A stretch of DNA of 64,000 bases, taken from contig JAAYPR010000051.1 in NCBI GenBank assembly GCA_012519705.1, forward strand, positions 423 through 64,422, written 5' to 3'. Below are positions 57,436 through 64,000 of this stretch, piece by piece. Source of the DNA: Campylobacteraceae bacterium (GTDB lineage: Bacteria > Campylobacterota > Campylobacteria > Campylobacterales > Campylobacteraceae). Made by a program: the position numbers and the translations under genes. The notes beneath the pieces are model-generated. The model was not told where the DNA came from, did not search any database, and saw only the letters and a list, made by a program, of their open reading frames with translations. The first letter of the stretch is position 1, and each line of letters begins with the position of its first letter.

Positions 57436-60255
57436 ATGTCGCAAGTTGATATGAAAAAAAGCATGCCAAAAATGGGTCGTAGATCGTTTTTAAAAATGGC
57501 AGCTTTATCGGGTGCGGTAACAGGTGGTTCTATGCTAAGTGCAGCACCTGTTACAAGAGAAGCTACAAGCGGGGAACTTAGCAACCCATATCCAGGGTCA
57601 AAGCTAGTGAGAACTGTTTGTACAGCCTGTTCAGTTGGTTGTGGAATTATAGCGGAAGTTGACAACGGTGTTTGGGTAAGACAAGAGGTTGCTGAAGAGC
57701 ATCCATTTAGTTTAGGCGGACACTGCTGTAAGGGTGCTGATATGGCTGATATGGCTAAATCATCAGTTCGTTTAAAATACCCAATGGTAAAAGAGGGTGG
57801 AAAGTGGAAGAGAATTACTTACACTGAAGCGCTTGATAGAATAGGTGAGCAACTAAAAAAATATAGAGAAGAAAACCCAGAGCAAGCTATGTTTATAGGC
57901 TCCGCTAAAGTATCAAACGAGCAGGCTTACTATATGCGTAAGTTTGCAGCTTTTTATGGAACGAACAACATAGATCACCAAGCTAGAATTTGACATAGTG
58001 CAACAGTCGCCGGTGTGGCGAATACATGGGGTTATGGCGCTATGACAAACTCTCTAAATGACTTTGCTTTTTCTAAGTCTATATTAATAATCGGTGCAAA
58101 CCCAGCAGTAAACCACCCAGTTGGTTTTGGGCATTTCTTAAAAGCTAGAGAAAATGGTGCGATCATGATAACAGTTGATCCAAGATTTACTCATACAGCT
58201 GCTAAGTCAGATTATTTCGCACAAATTCGTCCAGGAACGGATATCGCGTTCATGTACGGAATGATGCACTTAATCTTTAAAAATGGCTGGGAAGATAAAG
58301 AGTTCATTGAAGGCCGTGTTTATGATATGGAAAGCATCAGAGAAGAAGCTGCTAAGTGGACACCAGAAGTAGTTGAGGATGTTACAAGTGTAAAAGCTGA
58401 AACTTTAAAAGAAATCACTGAGGTTTATGCTAAAAATAGACCTGGCATGCTTGTTTGGGCTATGGGTTTAACTCAGCACACTATTGGAACGTCAAATACA
58501 AGAATTGGGCCTATTTTACAACTAACTTTAGGAAACATCGGTAAAAATGGTGCTGGATGTAACATTCTAAGAGGACATGATAACGTTCAAGGTGCAAGTG
58601 ATATGAGCTGTCTAAGTGAGAACTTACCAGGATATTATGCACTAAACGAAGGTAGCTGGAAACACTACGCAAATGTTTGGAAAGTTGATTATGAGTGGTT
58701 AGTGTCAAGATTTGTTAGTAAAGATATGATGCATAAAACTGGTTTTACACTTGCTAGATGGTGGGCAGGCTCACTAAATGGCAGAGATGGAAATGATAAA
58801 ATTCATAACGCTGGAGTTCCTTTAAAAGCTCTAGTTGTTATGGGTAACGGTATCACTTCAACTGCTCAACAAGTAAAAGTTCAAGAAGGACTTGATGCGT
58901 TAGAGTTATTAGTTATAACAGACCCGTTTGTAAACGAAGCGGCGATTATAACAAATAAAACTGATAACGTGTTTATTTTACCAGCATCAACTCAGTATGA
59001 GAACTCAGGTACTACTGTTGCAACAAATAGGAGTGCTCAGTGGAGATTTAAAGTAATCGATTCTATGTATGAGAGTAAGCCAGATCAATACTTCTTATTT
59101 GAGCTCGCAAAGAGAATTGGCTTTTATGATGAGTATACAAGAGCATTAGGCGATGGAAAAGGCAACTTTGAATGGCCAGAAGATGCTACAAGAGAGATAG
59201 CAAGCGGGTTAAAGAGCATCGGCTATACAGGAATTTTACCAGAGAGAATTAAAAAACACACTCTTAACTGGGCTAAATTTGATAAGAAAACCCTAATGGG
59301 CTTTGATGAGTGTGCAGGCGAGTATTACGGACTTCCGTGGCCATGCTGGACACCAACTCACCCTGGTAGTCCAAACCTATACGATATTAGTAAACCAGTT
59401 GCAGAAGGCGGTATGGGCTTTAGAAATAACTTTGGTTTAGAACACAACGGTGTTAGTCAGCTAGCAAGTGATGGCTTTGCACCAAAAGGTTCAGCAATCG
59501 ATGGTGGATATCCGCAAATCACTAAAGCAAACATTGAAGAAGTTTTAGGAATCACTCTAACAGAGGAAGAAAAAGCTAAAATGGGCGGAAGCTGGTCTAC
59601 AGATATGAGTAATATCATTGTAGAAAAATGTATGGAAAAAGGTATCGCACCTTACGGAAACGCTAGAGCAAGAGGTAGAGCGTGGAACTTTGTGGATCAA
59701 ATTCCACTTCATAGAGAGCCACTTCACTCACGTCGCCATGACTTAGCTGAGAAATATCCAAGCTTTGAGGATAAGGCAGATCACTTTAGAGTTGATACTA
59801 AGTATAGAAGCGTTCAGCTTGAGAAGAACTATAGCAAAGAGTTCCCTATTAACATGATTACAGCTAGACTTGTAAACATGAACGGTGCTGGACTAGAAAA
59901 TAGAGCAAGCCACTATTTAGCTAGACTAACTCCTGAAATGTTCTGTGATATACATCCAAAACTAGCAGAACAATATGGCATAGGAAATGGTGATATGATG
60001 TGGATACACTCACCTGAAGGAACAAAGATTAAGGTAAAGGCAAGATATACTTACGCAGTAAATGAGGTTTCTATCCACCTTCCATTCCACTTTACAGGAG
60101 TAATGCAAGGTGTGGATTTATCAGATAGATATCCAGAGGGAACTAGACCTTATGCAATTGGTGAGAGTGCAAACACAGTAACAAACTACGGGTATGATAT
60201 CGTTACTCAAATACCTGAAACAAAAGGCGGTTTATGCCGCATAGAAAAAGCTTAA
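57436..60255 (+). CDS. fdhA: Formate dehydrogenase catalytic subunit, selenocysteine-containing (939 aa through TGA at 57991-57993)
   Basis: Tat RRSFLK; CTACSVGC...C Fe-S motif; ORFs 57436-57993 and 58015-60255 are in frame across DHQARI-TGA-HSATVAG; LRGHDNVQGA. Confidence 0.95.
57991..58028 (+). promoter_or_regulatory. Sec codon and bacterial SECIS stem-loop
   Basis: TCGCC-GGTGT-GGCGA (58007-58021), apical-loop G 19 nt after the TGA; possible lower stem CAT..GTG / TAC.ATG. Confidence 0.82.
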
Positions 60256-60267
60256 TAGGAGGCCGTT

Positions 60268-60879
60268 ATGTCAGAAAATGTAAGAATGAAATTTTTATGC
60301 GACTATGATAGATGTATTGACTGTAATGGTTGCACGATTGCATGTGATAGCGGTCACCATCTACCATTAGATGTTAGAAGAAGAAAAGTTTATACTTTTA
60401 ACGAAGGTAAGCCAGGTGAGGAGTTTTCAGTTTCAATTGCTTGTATGCATTGTACAGATGCACCTTGTGCACAAGTTTGTCCAGTAAACTGCTTCTATGT
60501 AAGAGATGATGGAATTGTTCTACATGATAAAGATACATGTATAGCTTGTGGATACTGCTTATATGCGTGTCCATTTGGAGCACCACAATTCCCAAGAGCA
60601 GGTGGTGGAAACTTTATGCCAAAAGGCGTAATGGATAAATGTACTATGTGTGCAGGTGGTCCAAGCCAGACACACACAGAAGAAGAGTTTAAAAAATATG
60701 GCCAAAACAGGATAGCAGAAGGAAAAGTTCCACTATGTGCTGCGATGTGTTCTACAAAAGCACTAATAGTTGGAGATTCAAAAGCTGTTGATAAAATCTA
60801 CAATGACAGAGTTGCATTGAGAGGCTACAACACAGGTTCGCTTGGTACTTTAGATGACTACCCTGGAAAAAAGTGGTAG
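60268..60879 (+). CDS. fdhB: Formate dehydrogenase iron-sulfur subunit
   Basis: Four ferredoxin motifs (CIDCNGC, CMHCTDAPC, CIACGYC, CTMC). Confidence 0.95.
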   Translation: MSENVRMKFLCDYDRCIDCNGCTIACDSGHHLPLDVRRRKVYTFNEGKPGEEFSVSIACMHCTDAPCAQVCPVNCFYVRDDGIVLHDKDTCIACGYCLYACPFGAPQFPRAGGGNFMPKGVMDKCTMCAGGPSQTHTEEEFKKYGQNRIAEGKVPLCAAMCSTKALIVGDSKAVDKIYNDRVALRGYNTGSLGTLDDYPGKKW

Positions 60880-60957
60880 AAATATTTTTTAAACAAAAGT
60901 AAATTTCAGTCTGATATGCTATAATAGCAGATTGAAATTTTTTAAAAGGATATAAAA

Positions 60958-61947
60958 ATGAGGAAAATTTTACTTTTTTTAAGTTCTGTGGTTGGACTTT
61001 TTGCTCACAATTACAATCAAGACTTTATAAATGAAAGTCAGTATAACAGCAACATTTGGGGTACTGGTAGGGTTGAAAACATCTTAGTTTACAACGATTC
61101 TCCTTTTGCTAGACTGTTTGTCGAGTTACAAAGTAGTGGGTTTTTTGCAAACTTAGCACTGTTTGCGATTATTGCAGTTTTAATAGCATTTGTTGGTCAC
61201 TATTTAATAGTTGGTCCAAAAACTTTTTCACACGATCATGGAAAAGTTTATGCTTTTAATAAGCTAGAAAGACTTACACACGCTATAGCTGCTGTTGCAT
61301 GGGTTATTTTAATCCCAACAGGGCTTATTATGATGTTTGGTGAAGAATTTGGTGGCGGTGGGTTTGTAACACTTTGTAAAAACCTACACGGCATTGCAAC
61401 TATAGCATTTGCTATTGTTTTACCATATATGTTCTTTAAATGGGTACTTGGAATGCTTCCAGCAGTTTATGATGGAAGATGGGCACTAATACTTGGTGGA
61501 TATTTATCAAAGAAAAAACGCCCAATCCCAGCAGGTAAGTTCAACCTAGGTCAAAAAGCGTGGTTCTGGGTTTGTACAGCTGGCGGGTTCTTTATGATAG
61601 TAACTGGTGCTGCGATGTATTTCTTAGATGGCACAATTCCAGGTGCAAACGGTGCGGTTTTAGGAATGAGTCAAATTGAGTTCTTAAGACTTTCAGCTAT
61701 CATTCACAACATCTTGGGTGCGGCTGTTGCGGTGTTTTTACTAGTTCACGTTTATATGGCGGTGTTCTGTATCAAAGGTGCGATTCACGCTATTATCAAC
61801 GGCTACAAAGAAGAAGAAGAAGTTTATATTTTACACCACTACTGGTATCAAGAACTTCTTAGCAAAGGTAAAATTGAAAGATCTGTATTTGAAAAAGATT
61901 ACGACAATTTAAAACCTTTAAAAAGATACCCGATAGACGGTAAATAA
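60958..61947 (+). CDS. fdhC: Formate dehydrogenase cytochrome b subunit
   Basis: ERLTH, LHG, GKFNLGQK, IIHN, VHVYM. Confidence 0.93.
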   Translation: MRKILLFLSSVVGLFAHNYNQDFINESQYNSNIWGTGRVENILVYNDSPFARLFVELQSSGFFANLALFAIIAVLIAFVGHYLIVGPKTFSHDHGKVYAFNKLERLTHAIAAVAWVILIPTGLIMMFGEEFGGGGFVTLCKNLHGIATIAFAIVLPYMFFKWVLGMLPAVYDGRWALILGGYLSKKKRPIPAGKFNLGQKAWFWVCTAGGFFMIVTGAAMYFLDGTIPGANGAVLGMSQIEFLRLSAIIHNILGAAVAVFLLVHVYMAVFCIKGAIHAIINGYKEEEEVYILHHYWYQELLSKGKIERSVFEKDYDNLKPLKRYPIDGK

Positions 61948-61951
61948 GTAG

Positions 61952-62737
61952 ATGGAAGCTATCTCGAAAATAGAGATAACTAAGATAAAAAATTATGAAA
62001 AAAACTTAGTTATTGATACGCTTGTAAAGGAGATAGTTTTAACTATCTATGTTAATGAACAGAGAGTTGCCATCATGATGGCAACTCCTACTGATATTAA
62101 ACCCTTAATTATTGGATATCTTATAAGTGAAGATATAGTTTCTAAATTTTCTGATATAGATGAAATTTCACTTGAATCAAAAAATGAATTTGAGATATCT
62201 GTCAAAGTAAAATCACAAAATACAAATCTTGCTAGCATTGAAAAGCTAAACACTGAAGGCATTATCATAAGTGGTTGTGGAAGTAGTAAAACCGCAAATA
62301 TCGACCCAAATTTAGATAAATTTATAAAAAGTGATGTTAGGTTTGGAAGTAGTTTAATTCTTTCTAAAATGGCTACTTTTTATACAGAGTGTGATTTATA
62401 CGAACAAACTGGCTGTGTTCATACGGCTAAACTATTCATTGATGATGATGAGTTTTATATAGGCGAAGATATCGCTCAGCATAACACTATAGATAAAGTT
62501 TTAGGAAAAGCTTTGATGAATGGTGGAAATTTAGAGAGTTCGTTTTTAATGGTAAGTGGAAGACTAAGTTCTGAGATGGTTGCTAAAGCTGTAGTGCATG
62601 GCGTTCCAGTTTTAGTTTCTAGAACAGCACCGACTTATCTTGGCGTAGAGATAGCAATAAAATACAATCTTACTCTTTGTGGCTTTGCAAGGGGTAGCAG
62701 TATGAATGTCTATAGCGGTGAAAAACGCATAAGATAG
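61952..62737 (+). CDS. fdhD: FDH accessory sulfurtransferase
   Basis: SGCG, TGCVHTA, EDIAQHNTIDK, SGRLSSEM. Confidence 0.93.
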   Translation: MEAISKIEITKIKNYEKNLVIDTLVKEIVLTIYVNEQRVAIMMATPTDIKPLIIGYLISEDIVSKFSDIDEISLESKNEFEISVKVKSQNTNLASIEKLNTEGIIISGCGSSKTANIDPNLDKFIKSDVRFGSSLILSKMATFYTECDLYEQTGCVHTAKLFIDDDEFYIGEDIAQHNTIDKVLGKALMNGGNLESSFLMVSGRLSSEMVAKAVVHGVPVLVSRTAPTYLGVEIAIKYNLTLCGFARGSSMNVYSGEKRIR

Positions 62738-62789
62738 TTAAAAATAAAATAGACAACATAGTTAATTTATAATACAAAAGAAGAGCAAA

Positions 62790-63500
62790 ATGGTAAAAGA
62801 AGAGATTAAAAAATACACAGAAGAGTCACGTCTTACATGTGCAAACGCTTTTAAAGTAGCTGAGAGCTTGGGTGTTGGCTCGATGCAGGTTGGAAACACA
62901 GCTACTGAGATGGGTGTTAAGATAAAAGATTGTGATTTAGGACAGTTTGGTAAATTTATGCAGGAAGAGGCAGCTTCAAGTGTGGCGGCTTATGAAGCTA
63001 TGAAGCCTTTTTTAGATGAGAGAAACCGCATAAACTGCCACGATGCTAGAAAACTAGAGAGTGAGTTTGGTTTCCCGACCATAAGAGCAACTCTTAAAAA
63101 TCACAAAATTGATGTTAAGTACTGTAAACTTGGATGCTTTAAAGAGAAGAAAGGCAAGCAGTTTACTTTAAAAACTAAAATTTGGATAGAAAATAGCGAA
63201 GGCGAACTTCTATTTGGTAAAGGTAAAACCGAGGTTTTAGACGTTATATCTCAAACTGGAAGCATAAAAGCGGCAAGTGAAGTTTTAGATATGAACTATA
63301 AAAAATGCTGGAATCACCTTAAAATTTTAGAAAAAAATTTTGATGATTCTTTGTTTGAAACCAAACCAGGTGGTGGTAAAAGTGCAGGAACTGAGCTAAA
63401 ACCAAAAGCCTATGAGCTAATGGAAACCTACAAACAACTTGAAAGAGAGATAGAAGAGTTTTCAAACAGACGTTTTAAAGAGCTGTTTTTAAAAAAATAA
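62790..63500 (+). CDS. ModE-like winged-helix regulator with duplicated Cys-containing N-terminal domain
   Basis: C-terminal FGKGK...TGSIKAASEVLDMNYKKCW ModE HTH; no molybdate-binding TOBE domain visible. Confidence 0.8.
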   Translation: MVKEEIKKYTEESRLTCANAFKVAESLGVGSMQVGNTATEMGVKIKDCDLGQFGKFMQEEAASSVAAYEAMKPFLDERNRINCHDARKLESEFGFPTIRATLKNHKIDVKYCKLGCFKEKKGKQFTLKTKIWIENSEGELLFGKGKTEVLDVISQTGSIKAASEVLDMNYKKCWNHLKILEKNFDDSLFETKPGGGKSAGTELKPKAYELMETYKQLEREIEEFSNRRFKELFLKK

Positions 63501-63569
63501 TTAACTTAAATTTGATATAATGTTTCCTAAGCTTTGAGGTTCAAAGAGATAAATTTAAAAGGAAACATT

Positions 63570-64000
63570 ATGAAAATAGATTGCAAAAACTTAGCTTGTC
63601 CAGAGCCACTAATTAAAACTAAAAACGCCATTGAAAGTATGAAAATCGGCGATGTTTTAGAGGTGGTTGTAAACGAAATTCCCCCAAGAGAGAACATTAA
63701 AAGATTTCTAACTACAAACAATTTTGAGTATGAAATAAGTGAAAACAAAGACGAAACTATCATAAAAACTGTAAAAACAAAAGAGTTAAGCAACACGTCA
63801 ACTGAAGGCTATACTTGCGAAGTAGTTTTAACCCCAGAAGTAAAAAAGAAAAAAGTTATTTATTTAAACGATGACCAAGCAGGAAGTGGTCCGATAGGAA
63901 GAGACTTGCTAAGTAAATTCTTAGGTGCGGTAATGAACCTACCTGAAAAGCCAGTTGCAGTAATCTGTGTAAACAACGCTGTTTTAATGACTACAAACAG
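63570..64000 (+). CDS. yedF: Selenium-metabolism protein YedF (TusA plus DsrE-like domains), truncated by window edge; not in ORF track
   Basis: AAAGGA RBS; MKIDCKNLACPEPLIKTK...VIYLNDDQAGSGPIGRDLLSKFL...ICVNNAVLM; open to the window end. Confidence 0.85.
   Translation, partial: MKIDCKNLACPEPLIKTKNAIESMKIGDVLEVVVNEIPPRENIKRFLTTNNFEYEISENKDETIIKTVKTKELSNTSTEGYTCEVVLTPEVKKKKVIYLNDDQAGSGPIGRDLLSKFLGAVMNLPEKPVAVICVNNAVLMTTN

Noticed and set aside
57436-57993. Apparent fdhA pseudogene or split gene
   Set aside because: The stop is an in-frame TGA at the Sec position with a SECIS hairpin, and the frame continues

Overview
AT-rich chromosomal segment of a Campylobacter-like epsilonproteobacterium; the moeA-moaE-moaD/nspC/fdh/modE/yedF order matches what I recall of the C. 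jejuni fdh region. I saw no rRNA, tRNA, CRISPR array or intact transposase. Contents in order: (1) 1-6.8 kb, a Firmicutes-style pyrK-pyrD(class 1B)-pyrF-pyrE operon, an MFS gene and a yedE-tusA-desulfurase-DUF3343 selenium/sulfur module; (2) 7-14.1 kb, a Fur-family regulator plus two P1B ATPases, an HMA-like gene, a degenerate ferritin-like gene and small GxxxG membrane proteins, with Fur-like boxes, which looks like a ferrosome (fez) organelle cluster; (3) 14-32 kb, a CoA-activase/dehydratase pair, transporters, cls, carboxyspermidine dehydrogenase, an orphan Fe-S/cytochrome b pair and a RelBE-type TA module; (4) 32.5-42 kb, dsbL-dsbL-dsbI-assT-assT followed by a Cache histidine kinase, an OmpR-type regulator and crcB, where four promoters share an 11-bp-period tandem repeat just upstream of the -10 box, a candidate undescribed two-component arylsulfotransferase regulon; (5) an amino-acid ABC system, housekeeping genes, Moco genes and a selenocysteine formate dehydrogenase (in-frame TGA plus SECIS). 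Non-coding highlights are four clusters of CGTC-tagged REP-like palindromes with covarying inner stems, a G-quadruplex/hairpin element at 43.5 kb and a perfect 46-bp palindrome at 18.4 kb. All family assignments come from motif reading, not database searches.
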